NCBI GenBank assembly: GCA_964441695.1
Contig: CAYYKO010000001.1
Span: 26,781 to 90,780, forward strand
DNA: 64,000 nt
Direction: 5' to 3'
From: an uncultured Ruminococcus sp.
GTDB taxonomy: Bacteria > Bacillota > Clostridia > Oscillospirales > CAG-272
This document shows, in pieces, positions 17,791 to 27,841 of this stretch (the first letter of the stretch is position 1; each line of letters starts with the position of its first letter). The notes under the pieces were generated by a model. It worked only from the letters and a program-made list of their open reading frames with translations. It was not told the origin of the DNA and searched no databases. The translations under genes and the position numbers were made by a program.

Positions 17791-20391
17791 ATGAAAAACA
17801 AGCTCATGAATGTCCTTGCGGGCAAGAGCGAAAATCACATATTACCTTTCTTTTGGCAGCACGGAGAGGATGACGAAACGCTCCTCGCCGAGCTTCACAG
17901 GATCCATGCCTCAGGCGTCGGCTCCGTTTGCATCGAATCGCGTCCCCACGAGGAATTTGCACGCGAGGGCTGGTTCGAGGATGTCAGACTGATATTCGAC
18001 GAGTGCCGCAAGCTCGGAATGGACGCGTGGATACTCGACGACAAGTATTTCCCGACGGGCTTTTGCAACGGAGCGATTCGCGATAAGTACCCCGAATTCG
18101 GCAAGCGCGCGATAACCGAGCGCCACATGGATATCTGCGGTCCGATCGAGGACGGCGCTGTGATTTACGAGGGCTGGGCGGATGAAAAAGCGGAGGACGA
18201 GCTTCTTGCGATAATCGCATGCCGCTGCGAGGGTCCGGGTCAGGAGCTTGCGGGTGAATGCATCGACATTACGGACAAGCTGCACGACGGGCTTGTATCC
18301 GTAACTCTCCCCGACGGCATCTGGAGAGTATTCTTCATATTCGAGCGCCCCGAGCGCGACGGCAGAGTCGACTTTACAAATCCCGAGTCCGTTGACCTTA
18401 TGTTCAGCGAGATATACGAAAAGCATTACGAAAGCCTCAGCGAGTACTTCGGCAATACCTTCCGCGGATTTTTCAGCGACGAGCCCTTTATCATGGATTT
18501 CGCCGATCTTCCGCTTCGCGGAGCGTCGAATTCGAAGGGAAAGTATCCGTGGAACAGCTACATTAAGGCTGAGCTTGCAAGCCGCTACGGCGACACCTGG
18601 AAGTGCCATCTTCCCGCGCTTTGGTTCACAATGAACGGCGTGTCCCCCGCATACAGAGTCGCTTACAATGACGCGGTTTCCACACTTTATAAGACAAGCT
18701 TCGGCGACAGAGTCGGCGCATGGTGCCGCGAGCACGGCGTAATGTACATCGGTCACGTCGTCGAGGACTACAACCGCCACACCAACATGGGAAGCGGCGG
18801 ACATTATTTCCGTGCTCTCGACGGACAGGATATGGCGGGCATGGACGTGGTGCTTCACCAGATAGTCCCCGGAATGACAAATCACCCGAACGCCTGCAAC
18901 TGCTGGTATGACGTTGCCGATCCCGACCTCTTCCACTTCAGCCTTGCGAAAATGGCGGCATCGCACGCGCATATCCAGGACTCGAAGAAGGGTCGCGCAA
19001 TGTGCGAGATTTACGGAGCCTACGGCTGGAACGAGGGTCTTAAAATGATGAAGTGGCTGACAGACCACATGCTCGTTCGCGGCATCAACAATTTCGTCCC
19101 CCACGCCTTCTCGGCAAAATTCCCCGATGAGGTCCCGCCGCAGTTCACCGGAGCCGGACACAATCCGCAGGAAAAGCAGTTCCGCCTTCTGATGGAATAC
19201 ATGAACCGCGTTTCGACGCTCATGTCCGACGGCACCCACCGTGCGGACTGCGCGATACTGTATCACGCGGAGGCTGAGTGGTCGGGCGGCGATTACATGT
19301 ACTTCTACACCCCCGCAAAGCTTCTCACACTCGGTCACATCGACTTCGATATCGTTTCCGCGGATTACCTCGTGCGTGCGGAGGCTAAGGACGGAAGGCT
19401 TTACCTCGGACGCGAGAGCTACCCGGCGCTCGTCGTTCCGATGTCGGAATTCCTCCCCGAGTCGACGGTAGCACAGCTCGAGAGGCTTTCAAACGCGGGC
19501 GTCGATGTTATATTCCTTGACCGGCTTACGAAGAAGACCTGCGAGAAGCCTGCCGCACGTATCGAATGGCCCGATAACGGACACATCAGCTGCATTCCCG
19601 CAGAGGATCTCGTGATGAGCATGCGCGAGAGAGGATATTTCGACATCACAACCTCGACCGAGGCTGAATTCCTCAGATATTACCACTATTATAACGGCAA
19701 TACTCACGCATACATGCTCACGAACGAGGGAATCGTCGACGACGTGCTCACCTCGCTCACCTTTGAGGCGTTCGACGGCGGAGATTACGTTGTATATTAC
19801 CCGATGGAGAACCGCGCGTACCTTGCACACAGCAACGACAGAAGCCTGCGTGTTCGCCTGGAGCCCTACGAGTCGGTAATTATCTTCTTCGGAGATATCC
19901 CGACAGAGCTTCCGAAATACGTGAAGTACGCTCCAGACCGCGAGACTGTCGTCGAGCCGAGCTTCAAGGTGTCGATGTACACGGCGGAAAATTATCCGAA
20001 TGCGCCGATGGCGACCTTCGAGACGGATAAGCTGTGCAACCTCACGGCGGCAGATAAGTACCCGCGCTTTGGCGGCTTTATGAAGTACGAGGGCAGCTTC
20101 GAGTACGACGATGACACAGACGCGCACACGCTGCTCGACCTCGGTCGCGTCGGCGAGACCGCGCAGGTATTCTTAAACGGCACGCCTGTCGGCGAGAGAA
20201 TTGCGCCTCCGTATCGCTTCGACGTTTCGGGCGTTATAAGACGCGGCAAAAACGAGCTGTGCGTCGTTGTGACCAACCACCTCGGCTACGAGCAGCGCGA
20301 CCTTTGCGCGAAGTATCTCGTTATGGAGCCGTCGGGACTCCTCGGACCTATCGAGATCCGAAAGACCGCGAGAGTGAGCACCGATGAGTAA
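17791..20391 (+). CDS. putative glycoside hydrolase with C-terminal galactose-binding-like jelly-roll domain
   Basis: 866 aa, no signal peptide. The C-terminal LLDLGRVGETAQVFLNGTPVGERIAPPYRFDVSG is the typical sugar-binding jelly-roll pattern of GH2/GH106-like enzymes. The family assignment is uncertain. Confidence 0.5.
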   Translation: MKNKLMNVLAGKSENHILPFFWQHGEDDETLLAELHRIHASGVGSVCIESRPHEEFAREGWFEDVRLIFDECRKLGMDAWILDDKYFPTGFCNGAIRDKYPEFGKRAITERHMDICGPIEDGAVIYEGWADEKAEDELLAIIACRCEGPGQELAGECIDITDKLHDGLVSVTLPDGIWRVFFIFERPERDGRVDFTNPESVDLMFSEIYEKHYESLSEYFGNTFRGFFSDEPFIMDFADLPLRGASNSKGKYPWNSYIKAELASRYGDTWKCHLPALWFTMNGVSPAYRVAYNDAVSTLYKTSFGDRVGAWCREHGVMYIGHVVEDYNRHTNMGSGGHYFRALDGQDMAGMDVVLHQIVPGMTNHPNACNCWYDVADPDLFHFSLAKMAASHAHIQDSKKGRAMCEIYGAYGWNEGLKMMKWLTDHMLVRGINNFVPHAFSAKFPDEVPPQFTGAGHNPQEKQFRLLMEYMNRVSTLMSDGTHRADCAILYHAEAEWSGGDYMYFYTPAKLLTLGHIDFDIVSADYLVRAEAKDGRLYLGRESYPALVVPMSEFLPESTVAQLERLSNAGVDVIFLDRLTKKTCEKPAARIEWPDNGHISCIPAEDLVMSMRERGYFDITTSTEAEFLRYYHYYNGNTHAYMLTNEGIVDDVLTSLTFEAFDGGDYVVYYPMENRAYLAHSNDRSLRVRLEPYESVIIFFGDIPTELPKYVKYAPDRETVVEPSFKVSMYTAENYPNAPMATFETDKLCNLTAADKYPRFGGFMKYEGSFEYDDDTDAHTLLDLGRVGETAQVFLNGTPVGERIAPPYRFDVSGVIRRGKNELCVVVTNHLGYEQRDLCAKYLVMEPSGLLGPIEIRKTARVSTDE

Positions 20392-21370
20392 GCTTCGCCT
20401 CGGCATAATCGGAACGAATTTTATCAGCGATCAGCTGTGCGACGCCGTGCGCCGAGCCGAGCTTTTCGAGCTGACGGCGGTGCTGTCGCGCACTAAGGAG
20501 CGGGGCGAGCATTACGCAGCGCAGCAGGGAATAGTGCATGCTTATACCGACGCCGAGGAGTTTTTCGCCTCGGGAATTGACGCGGTATACGTCGCGAGCC
20601 CGAATTCGCTTCACGCCGAATATTCACTCGCCGCAATAGAGCACGGACTGCATGTGCTGTGCGAAAAGCCCACCGCCTCGAACGCTGCGGAATACGCGAA
20701 AATGCGCGACGCGGCGCGTGCGGCACACCTTGTACTGCTCGAGGCAATGCGTCCCGCCTTTGACCCCGCGCTTGCTGCGGTAAAGCGTGCGCTGCCGCGC
20801 ATCGGACGCGTTCGACGTGCATCGCTTGAATTCTGCCAGTATTCGTCACGCTACGATAAATTCCGCGCGGGAGAGGTGCTTCGCGCCTTCGACAGCACAT
20901 ATTCGAATGCCGCAGTGATGGACATCGGCGTGTATCCGATACATTTCTGCCTCAGACTTTTCGGCAAGCCGTCGGGACAGCTGTCCTCGCGCAGCATAAT
21001 TCTCGACAACGGCTTCGAGGGCTCGGGAGAGCTTATGCTTCCGTATGACGGAATGACGGCTGTCATATCCTACGCGAAGACATTCGACTCGCACACGCCG
21101 AGCGTAATTGCCGGCGAGGACGGTGCGATACTTATCGACAAGCTGTCGGCGCCGAAGGATATCTTTCTCGAGCTTCGCGACGGCACTCGAGAGAGGCTTT
21201 GCTTTGAGTATTGCGAGAATAACATGACCTTCGAGCTTGCAGAGCTTTCGCGCCTCATCGGTGATGGCAAAGCAGAGCATGAGCACGACATGTATTCCGA
21301 GGCGGAGCTTGAGATCATAGATGAGATAAGACGGCAAAACGGCATCGTCTTTCCCGCAGACCGCGCCTGA
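20384..21370 (+). CDS. Gfo/Idh/MocA-family NAD(P)-dependent oxidoreductase
   Basis: N-terminal Rossmann fold LRLGIIGTNFIS and the conserved EKP motif (HVLCEKP). It overlaps the upstream gene by 8 nt. Confidence 0.8.
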   Translation: MSKLRLGIIGTNFISDQLCDAVRRAELFELTAVLSRTKERGEHYAAQQGIVHAYTDAEEFFASGIDAVYVASPNSLHAEYSLAAIEHGLHVLCEKPTASNAAEYAKMRDAARAAHLVLLEAMRPAFDPALAAVKRALPRIGRVRRASLEFCQYSSRYDKFRAGEVLRAFDSTYSNAAVMDIGVYPIHFCLRLFGKPSGQLSSRSIILDNGFEGSGELMLPYDGMTAVISYAKTFDSHTPSVIAGEDGAILIDKLSAPKDIFLELRDGTRERLCFEYCENNMTFELAELSRLIGDGKAEHEHDMYSEAELEIIDEIRRQNGIVFPADRA

Positions 21371-21456
21371 GAGCTGCCGCATACCGTAAAAGAAAAGCGT
21401 CGCGGTGTCGGCACGGCACTACGGCGCTTTAACGTTGTGTGCAAACGGAGGATGAA

Positions 21457-22131
21457 ATGAATTATTTAACGAACAGCTTTGAAAGCCTTCGGTATCTCAC
21501 GGCACTTCCCGACGGCTTTGACGCGGCACGGCGCTATCCGTGCATTATATTCCTGCACGGTGCGGGGACTCGCGGTGATGACCTCGGGCTGCTTCGTGGC
21601 AACTGCTATTTCGAAAGGCTCGCCGAGCATCGGGCGGAGGTGATATCCTTTGCCCCGCAGTGTAATGCGGATTCGTGGTACGACGTGCATGAGCAGCTGT
21701 GCCGCTTTGCGGAATATGTGAGCGGACTTGAATTTGTCGACGACATGAGGGTGTACCTTATGGGCGCGAGCATGGGCGGGTATGAGACCTGGCAGCTTGC
21801 AATATCGCGCCCGGAGCTGTTTGCCGCCATCGTGCCGATATGCGGAGGCGGCGCGTACTGGAATGCCGCGCGGCTTGCTTCGGTGCCCGTGTGGGCTGTA
21901 CACGGCGAGGACGACCGCTGTGTTTTCCCCGAGGAGTCGGAGAAAATGGTGAACGCCGTGAATGCCGCGGGCGGCACGGCAAGGCTCGAGCGACTTTCAG
22001 GCGTCGGACATGCCGCATGGGAATACGCTTACGCGTCGCGAGAGATATTTGACTGGCTGCTCTCTCAGAGAAAGGCTTCGAATATCAGAGCCGAAGGCGC
22101 AGATATGCATGACAGCGCGAAATACGGCTGA
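21457..22131 (+). CDS. alpha/beta-hydrolase (carboxylesterase/peptidase S9-like)
   Basis: FLHGAGTRGDD, the nucleophile elbow GASMGG, and the late GEDD and GVGH motifs. ATG follows GGAGG. Confidence 0.7.
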   Translation: MNYLTNSFESLRYLTALPDGFDAARRYPCIIFLHGAGTRGDDLGLLRGNCYFERLAEHRAEVISFAPQCNADSWYDVHEQLCRFAEYVSGLEFVDDMRVYLMGASMGGYETWQLAISRPELFAAIVPICGGGAYWNAARLASVPVWAVHGEDDRCVFPEESEKMVNAVNAAGGTARLERLSGVGHAAWEYAYASREIFDWLLSQRKASNIRAEGADMHDSAKYG

Positions 22132-22170
22132 AAAAGTGCGAAAAAAACTTGAATTTCTTTCAAAAAGCTA

Positions 22171-22199
22171 TTGACACAATGCGCTCTTTATGATATAAT
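22171..22199 (+). promoter_or_regulatory. exact consensus sigma-A promoter for ylxM-ffh
   Basis: TTGACA (22171-22176), 17 nt spacer, TATAAT (22194-22199). A 9-bp hairpin CTGTAAAGT/ACTTTACAG follows in the leader. Confidence 0.65.
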
Positions 22200-22241
22200 A
22201 CGCCTGTAAAGTAAATCACTTTACAGAAGGCAGAGTGTACG

Positions 22242-22601
22242 ATGTTTGCTAAGAATATGCTTTTGCCGTGTCTGCTTGATAAGTACGGAGCTCTTTTGAC
22301 TGACAGGAAGCGCGAGCTTTTGGAGTATTACTACGATGACGATTATTCGCTCGCGGAAATATCCGAGCTTACGGGGATATCGCGACAGGGAGTTCGCGAT
22401 TCGATAAAAAAGAGCGAAGCGGAGCTTACCGCATTCGAGGACAGACTTCACCTGTATCGGCGCTGCGCCGCGGCAGAGGAGTGCATTGCCTCGGCGGGCG
22501 GGCTCGTCGATGAGCTTATTTCATCGGCGACGGACGAGTCGACACGGAACACCCTGGCGTCACTGAAGGCGAAGCTTTCCGCACTTGAGGAGCTTCTTTG
22601 A
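22242..22601 (+). CDS. ylxM: YlxM/UPF0122 helix-turn-helix protein
   Basis: LLDKYGALLTDRKRELLEYYYDDDYSLAEISELTGISRQGVRDSIKK. It holds the conserved position immediately upstream of ffh. Confidence 0.85.
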   Translation: MFAKNMLLPCLLDKYGALLTDRKRELLEYYYDDDYSLAEISELTGISRQGVRDSIKKSEAELTAFEDRLHLYRRCAAAEECIASAGGLVDELISSATDESTRNTLASLKAKLSALEELL

Positions 22602-22653
22602 GGCAGGACTCAGAGGTGTACTCCGATCTAATACAGGAGCGTAACGAACGTAT

Positions 22654-23991
22654 ATGTTTTCAAATCTTTCGGATAAGCTTTCCGCTGCGTTCAAAAAATT
22701 CAAAAGCAAGGGAAAGCTGACTGAGGCAGATGTAAAAGAAGGAATGCGCGAGGTGAAGCTTGCACTGCTTGAGGCAGATGTCAACTTCAAGGTAGTCAAG
22801 GAATTCGTCAAGCGCGTTACGGAGCGTGCGGTAGGCTCGGATGTGCTTGAAAGCCTCCTTCCCGCACAGCAGATAGTTAAAATAGTAAACGAGGAGCTTG
22901 TTTCGCTGATGGGCGGCGAGTGCTCCAAGCTTACGATATCACCGAAGCCGCCGACAGTCGTCATGATGGTCGGACTCCAGGGCTCGGGTAAGACCACACA
23001 CAGCGCGAAGCTTGCGGCGTTTTATAAAAAGCAGGGCAAGCGACCGCTGCTTGTCGCCTGTGACGTCTACAGACCCGCGGCGATAGATCAGCTGAGGGTC
23101 GTCGGCGATAAGATCGGTGTGCCCGTATTTGACCGCGGCACACAGTCACCGGTCAAGACCTCGGCAGAGGCTCTGAAATACGCCGAAAAGAACGGCTTTG
23201 ACATGGTGTTCATCGATACGGCGGGACGTCTTCACGTCGATGAGACGCTGATGAATGAGCTTTCCTCCATCAAGGAGGAGGTCGCACCGACCGAGATAAT
23301 ACTCGTCGTCGACGCGATGACAGGTCAGGACGCAGTCAACGTTGCCTCAGCATTTAACGAAAAGCTCGATATCACCGGAGTCCTTCTTTCGAAGCTCGAC
23401 GGAGATACGCGAGGCGGTGCGGCGCTGTCGGTTCGCCACGTGACCGGCAAGCCGATAAAATTCATCGGTACCGGCGAGAAGCTTGATGCACTCGAGCCGT
23501 TTTATCCCGACAGAATGGCGTCGAGAATCCTCGGAATGGGCGATGTGCTCACCCTCATTGAGAAGGCGGAGCAGGAGTTCGACGAGAAGAAGGCGGCGGA
23601 GCTCGAAAAGAAGATCCGCGACAACAGCTTTACGCTTAACGATTACCTCGATCAGTTCAGACAGATCAAGAAAATGGGCTCTGTCGAGGAGCTGATGGGC
23701 ATGCTCCCCGGAGTTAAGCCCGGCGCTCTGAAGGACGCGAAGATCGATGAAAAGGCTCTCGACAGGACCGAGGCCATTATCCTTTCGATGACCGAAAAGG
23801 AGCGCGAGCATCCTTCCATCATCAACGGCTCCCGCAGAAAGCGAATTGCAGCGGGCTCCGGCACCTCGGTCGAGGAGGTTAACCGTATGCTGAAGCAGTA
23901 CGACCAGATGAATAAGATGATAAAGCAGCTCACTGGCGGCGCCTTGAAGCGCGGCAAAAAAGGACGCATGAAAATCCCGTTCCACCTTTGA
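22654..23991 (+). CDS. ffh: signal recognition particle protein Ffh
   Basis: N-G-M domain organisation, with GLQGSGKTT, DTAGR, TKLDGD and a Met-rich C-terminal M domain. Confidence 0.93.
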   Translation: MFSNLSDKLSAAFKKFKSKGKLTEADVKEGMREVKLALLEADVNFKVVKEFVKRVTERAVGSDVLESLLPAQQIVKIVNEELVSLMGGECSKLTISPKPPTVVMMVGLQGSGKTTHSAKLAAFYKKQGKRPLLVACDVYRPAAIDQLRVVGDKIGVPVFDRGTQSPVKTSAEALKYAEKNGFDMVFIDTAGRLHVDETLMNELSSIKEEVAPTEIILVVDAMTGQDAVNVASAFNEKLDITGVLLSKLDGDTRGGAALSVRHVTGKPIKFIGTGEKLDALEPFYPDRMASRILGMGDVLTLIEKAEQEFDEKKAAELEKKIRDNSFTLNDYLDQFRQIKKMGSVEELMGMLPGVKPGALKDAKIDEKALDRTEAIILSMTEKEREHPSIINGSRRKRIAAGSGTSVEEVNRMLKQYDQMNKMIKQLTGGALKRGKKGRMKIPFHL

Positions 23992-24051
23992 TGAGAGACG
24001 GATTTTTATATAAATTCAAAGAAAGCACAATTAACACTAAGGAGAAGTATC

Positions 24052-24294
24052 ATGGCAGTAAAAATCAGACTCAGAAGAATGGGCGCAAAGAAGGCTCCCT
24101 TCTACCGTATCGTTGTTGCGGATTCCAGATATCCCCGTGACGGAAGATTCATCGAGGAGGTAGGCTACTACGATCCGATGACCAACCCCGCAACCATTAA
24201 GCTCGACAACGAGAAGGTCGAGAAGTGGCTCGCTAACGGAGCACAGCCCACAGAGACTGTTAGAAGCATCATCAACAAGAGCAACAATAAGTAA
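24052..24294 (+). CDS. rpsP: 30S ribosomal protein S16
   Basis: [42 protein letters not shown]. Confidence 0.93.
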   Translation: MAVKIRLRRMGAKKAPFYRIVVADSRYPRDGRFIEEVGYYDPMTNPATIKLDNEKVEKWLANGAQPTETVRSIINKSNNK

Positions 24295-24296
24295 TT

Positions 24297-24563
24297 ATGG
24301 ACGAGAACAAGGCAACAGCGTCCGCAGAGATCGATCTTGCGGCCCTGCTGACAGGTCTTGTACGCCCGATAGTTGACGACCCGGACGCTGTAAGCGTCAT
24401 AAGCGAGGAAAGCGACGACGGGCTTGTACTTACCCTCAAGGTCGCAGAGAACGATGTCGGTATGATTATCGGCAAGCACGGCAAGATCGCCCGCGCGCTC
24501 CGCACAGTGGTCAAGGCAGCGGCGAAGCTTACCGGCAAGAAGGTTTCTGTTGAGATCAGATAA
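24297..24563 (+). CDS. khpA: KH-domain RNA-binding protein (YlqC/KhpA family)
   Basis: VAENDVGMIIGKHGKIARALRTVVKAAA contains the GxxG KH motif. It holds the conserved position after rpsP. Confidence 0.8.
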   Translation: MDENKATASAEIDLAALLTGLVRPIVDDPDAVSVISEESDDGLVLTLKVAENDVGMIIGKHGKIARALRTVVKAAAKLTGKKVSVEIR

Positions 24564-24605
24564 AGGAATTTCGGGAGAGGCAGACGCCGCTCCCGTTTCT
24601 CTTTT

Positions 24606-25139
24606 GTGAGGTGGAGCTTGGATAGGATAGAGTATAACGGAAAAGCATACGTCAGGTATTCAGCACGCTGGTGCGACTCCTCGGGCTTTGCGGTGCCTGA
24701 GGCATTACAGCGCACGCTCGATCACATGTGGGCGGGAAATTGCCGCACGGAGGACATGACCGCCGACGAGCTGGCAGACGCGGGCGACAGGCTTCGCGAG
24801 GGCAAATCATATTCGACAGCTGTAAAATATTATAGCAGGGCATGCGAGGCAGACTTTACCGCCGAAAGGGTAGCAGAGCTCCTGCCGCGAATTGCGTCAT
24901 GCTATATCAGCTCACGGCGTCCCGAGCGGGCAATTGAGCTGTTTTCCGATACCTCGCGGCGTCTCGGTCGGCAGATAATGACGGCGGAGCTTCTGACGGT
25001 GGCTGCCGAGGCATATTGCGAGCTCGGAGAATACGACAAGGCACGAAAATGCTGTAACCGTGCATACGCCAAGCTCGGCGGGCACGCCACGGACGAGCTG
25101 TCGGCAGTGTACAGACGAATTGACGCGGAAAACGGATAA
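24606..25139 (+). CDS. hypothetical protein with TPR-like helical repeats
   Basis: 177-aa ORF with helical repeat character (AVKYYSRACEAD..., AAEAYCELGEYDKARKCCNRAY). The start codon is uncertain: GTG 24606 has no clear RBS. Confidence 0.4.
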   Translation: MRWSLDRIEYNGKAYVRYSARWCDSSGFAVPEALQRTLDHMWAGNCRTEDMTADELADAGDRLREGKSYSTAVKYYSRACEADFTAERVAELLPRIASCYISSRRPERAIELFSDTSRRLGRQIMTAELLTVAAEAYCELGEYDKARKCCNRAYAKLGGHATDELSAVYRRIDAENG

Positions 25140-25140
25140 C

Positions 25141-25176
25141 AAAACGCCGAGCGGAGCATCTCCGACTCGGCGTTTT
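25141..25176. terminator. bidirectional intrinsic terminator
   Basis: AAAACGCCGAG...CTCGGCGTTTT with an inner CGGAG/CTCCG stem. It lies between convergent stops at 25139 (+) and 25193 (-). Confidence 0.75.
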
Positions 25177-25192
25177 ATGCGTTTGCTTAAAT

Positions 25193-26362
25193 TCAGTTCA
25201 GCTTGATAACGCGGATAATTCCGTCGCAGGCGCCGATCTTTTCGATCGCTGCCTCGCTGACCTCTGTAGAGGCGTCAACGAGCGTGCAGGCGAACTCGCC
25301 CTTGGAGCGGTTAGCCATGTTGTCGATGTTGATACCCTGCTCGGAGAGAACTGCCGTGATCGAGGAGATCATGTTCGGGATGTTCATGTGCAGGATAACG
25401 AGTCTGTGACCGCCGGAGGCAGGAAGGCTTACGGCAGGGAAGTTTACGCTGTTCTTGATATTACCGTTCTCGAGGTAATCGATAAGCTCGTGAGCCGCCA
25501 TAACAGCGCAGTTGTCCTCGCTCTCGAGTGTGGATGCGCCGAGGTGGGGAATTGTTACGATGCCGGGAGTGCGGACCGTCTCCTCGGTCGGGAAGTCGGT
25601 AACGTAGGAAGCGATCTGACCGTCCTCGAGTGCTGACTTAACATCTGCTGCGCAGACGAGATCCGCTCTCGAAAGGTTGATGATGCGTACACCGTGCTTC
25701 ATCATTGCGATGGAGCCGGAGTTGATCATGTTCTTTGTCTCCTTCGTTGCGGGAACATGGAGAGAGATGTAGTCGCAGCTCTTGAAGATCTCCTCATAGG
25801 TCGCAGCCTTCTTTACGGTGTCGGAAAGGTGCCATGCAGCCTCGACCGTGATGTAGGGGTCGCAGCCGATAACGTTCATGCCGAGCTCGCTTGCTGCGTT
25901 TGCTACCATACCTCCGATAGCGCCGAGACCGATAACGCCGAGCGTCTTGCCCTTGAGCTCGCAGCCCGCAAAGGCGGACTTGCCCTTTTCGACAGACTTT
26001 GCAACGTCGCTTTCAAGTGTGTTTGCCCAGGCTACGCCGCCGATAATGTCGCGTGAAGCGAGGAGAAGAGCCGCGAGCGCGAGCTCCTTGACTCCGTTTG
26101 CGTTTGCGCCGGGGGTATTGAATACTACGATACCCTTCTTCGCGCACTCCTCAACGGGAATGTTGTTAACACCCGCGCCGCAGCGTGCGATAGCCTTAAG
26201 ATTGTCGCCGAAGGTCATGTCGTGCATAGCGGCGGAGCGAACCATTATTGCATCGGGATCGTCGAAATCCGTGCTGATCTCGTAAGCGTCGCGGTCGAAG
26301 TTTTCAAGACCGACGGCGGAAATCTTGTTAAGAAGCTTGATCTGTGCCATTGTTATTGCCAA
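25193..26362 (-). CDS. serA: D-3-phosphoglycerate dehydrogenase with C-terminal ACT domain
   Basis: 2-hydroxyacid dehydrogenase fold (GVIGLGAIGGMVA, RADLV, HLGAST). An ACT-like tail follows, and it is adjacent to serC. Confidence 0.88.
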   Translation of the reverse strand: MAITMAQIKLLNKISAVGLENFDRDAYEISTDFDDPDAIMVRSAAMHDMTFGDNLKAIARCGAGVNNIPVEECAKKGIVVFNTPGANANGVKELALAALLLASRDIIGGVAWANTLESDVAKSVEKGKSAFAGCELKGKTLGVIGLGAIGGMVANAASELGMNVIGCDPYITVEAAWHLSDTVKKAATYEEIFKSCDYISLHVPATKETKNMINSGSIAMMKHGVRIINLSRADLVCAADVKSALEDGQIASYVTDFPTEETVRTPGIVTIPHLGASTLESEDNCAVMAAHELIDYLENGNIKNSVNFPAVSLPASGGHRLVILHMNIPNMISSITAVLSEQGINIDNMANRSKGEFACTLVDASTEVSEAAIEKIGACDGIIRVIKLN

Positions 26363-26395
26363 AAGCCGAAGCTTTACCTTTCTTAGCTTAAATTA

Positions 26396-27481
26396 TTATT
26401 TCTTGGGGTTCTCAGCGGCGAATTTCTTCATGAATTCGACGAGAGCGCAGATTCCCTCGTAGGGCATTGCGTTGTAGATGGAGGCTCTCATGCCGCCGAC
26501 GGAGCGGTGACCCTTGAGGTTTACAAGACCTGCCTTCTCAGCCTCCTTCGCGAACTTCTTATCAAGCTCCTCAACGCCTGTTACGAAGGTAACGTTCATC
26601 ATGGAGCGGGACTCTTTCGAGACGGGAGCGATGTAGTAGTCCTGGGTGTCGAGGTAATCGTAAAGCAGACCTGCCTTCTTCTCGTTGAGGCGCTTCATCT
26701 CGTCAAGACCGCCGATGGAGAGGATCCAGTCGTATACAAGTCCTGCAATGTAGATCGGCCAGCACGGAGGAGTGTTGTACATGGAGTCGTTGTCTGCCAT
26801 GAGCTTGTAGTCGAGCATTGCGGGAGTCTCGGGGCGTGCATTGCCGATGAGATCCTCACGGATGATAACTACGGTCAGACCTGCGGGAGCCATGTTCTTC
26901 TGAGCGCCTGCGTAGATGACACCGAACTTCGAAACGTCAACGGGCTCGGAGATGATGCAGGAGGACATGTCGGCAACGAGCGGAATGTCGCCGGTGTCGG
27001 GGATGTAATTGAACTTCGTTCCGTAGATGGTGTTGTTAAAGCACATATGAACGTAGTCGGCGTCAGCTCTGAAGCTCTCGCGAGTGGTCTGCGGAACGTG
27101 CGAGAAGTTGTCATCCTTGGAGGATGCGGCAACAACGACGTCTCCGTACTTCTGAGCTTCCTTGTAGGCCTTAGTGGAGAACTGACCGCTGAGGATGTAA
27201 TCAGCCTTGCCTGTCTTCATGAGGTTCAGCGGAACCGCGGCAAACTGCGTGGACGCGCCGCCCTGAAGGAAGAGTACCTTGTAATTGTCGGGAATGTTCA
27301 TGACCTTTCTGAGCGAAGCCTCAGCCGCCTTGATGATAGCGTCGTAAGCGGGTGAGCGGTGACTCATTTCCATAACGGACATGCCGCTGTCCTTATAACA
27401 GATAAGGTCCGCTGCCGCGCTTTCGAGAACGGGCATGGGAAGCATGGAAGGTCCTGCCGAGAAGTTAAATACTCTGTTCAT
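26396..27481 (-). CDS. serC: phosphoserine aminotransferase
   Basis: MNRVFNFSAGPSMLP..., FLQGGASTQF, YAGAQKNMAPAGLTVVI and GGMRASIYNAMP. Confidence 0.92.
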   Translation of the reverse strand: MNRVFNFSAGPSMLPMPVLESAAADLICYKDSGMSVMEMSHRSPAYDAIIKAAEASLRKVMNIPDNYKVLFLQGGASTQFAAVPLNLMKTGKADYILSGQFSTKAYKEAQKYGDVVVAASSKDDNFSHVPQTTRESFRADADYVHMCFNNTIYGTKFNYIPDTGDIPLVADMSSCIISEPVDVSKFGVIYAGAQKNMAPAGLTVVIIREDLIGNARPETPAMLDYKLMADNDSMYNTPPCWPIYIAGLVYDWILSIGGLDEMKRLNEKKAGLLYDYLDTQDYYIAPVSKESRSMMNVTFVTGVEELDKKFAKEAEKAGLVNLKGHRSVGGMRASIYNAMPYEGICALVEFMKKFAAENPKK

Positions 27482-27598
27482 AGATGTGACTCCGATCTGC
27501 CGTCGTCGACGGCAATGAATTTATATATTTGTTAATATATCGAGGTAATCAGACAGGCGCCGAGGACGTGCGATACGTCTCTTTTGCGCCTTTTTAAT

Positions 27599-27627
27599 AT
27601 TATACAATATGTAAAAAACCTTGACAA
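27599..27627 (-). promoter_or_regulatory. sigma-A-type promoter for serC-serA
   Basis: Minus strand: TTGTCA (27627-27622), 17 nt spacer ending in TG, TATAAT (27604-27599). Confidence 0.55.
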
Positions 27628-27675
27628 TAGAGAATTTCAATAAATCAGGGAGTTTTTTCGCGATATTATTTATCT

Positions 27676-27707
27676 TATTCACCACAACAAATAAATATTC
27701 ACCGCAA
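27676..27707. repeat. 12-nt direct repeat with 20-bp period in the serC/rimM divergent region
   Basis: TATTCACCACAA (27676-27687) and TATTCACCGCAA (27696-27707) are identical at 11 of 12 positions. Confidence 0.6.
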
Positions 27708-27742
27708 TACACGCGCTTTATGCGCCGCGTTTCGCCCAAGTC

Positions 27743-27771
27743 TTGAAAAACGGCGCTCTTTGTGGTATACT
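27743..27771 (+). promoter_or_regulatory. sigma-A-type promoter for rimM-trmD
   Basis: TTGAAA (27743-27748), 17 nt spacer, TATACT (27766-27771), with TG two bases upstream of the -10. Confidence 0.55.
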
Positions 27772-27841
27772 GTAGGAAAAAGAAAAATCGGACCGCGCAC
27801 AGACCGTGCGTCGGCTCCGCCGAGAGAGGAATATTACCGAT

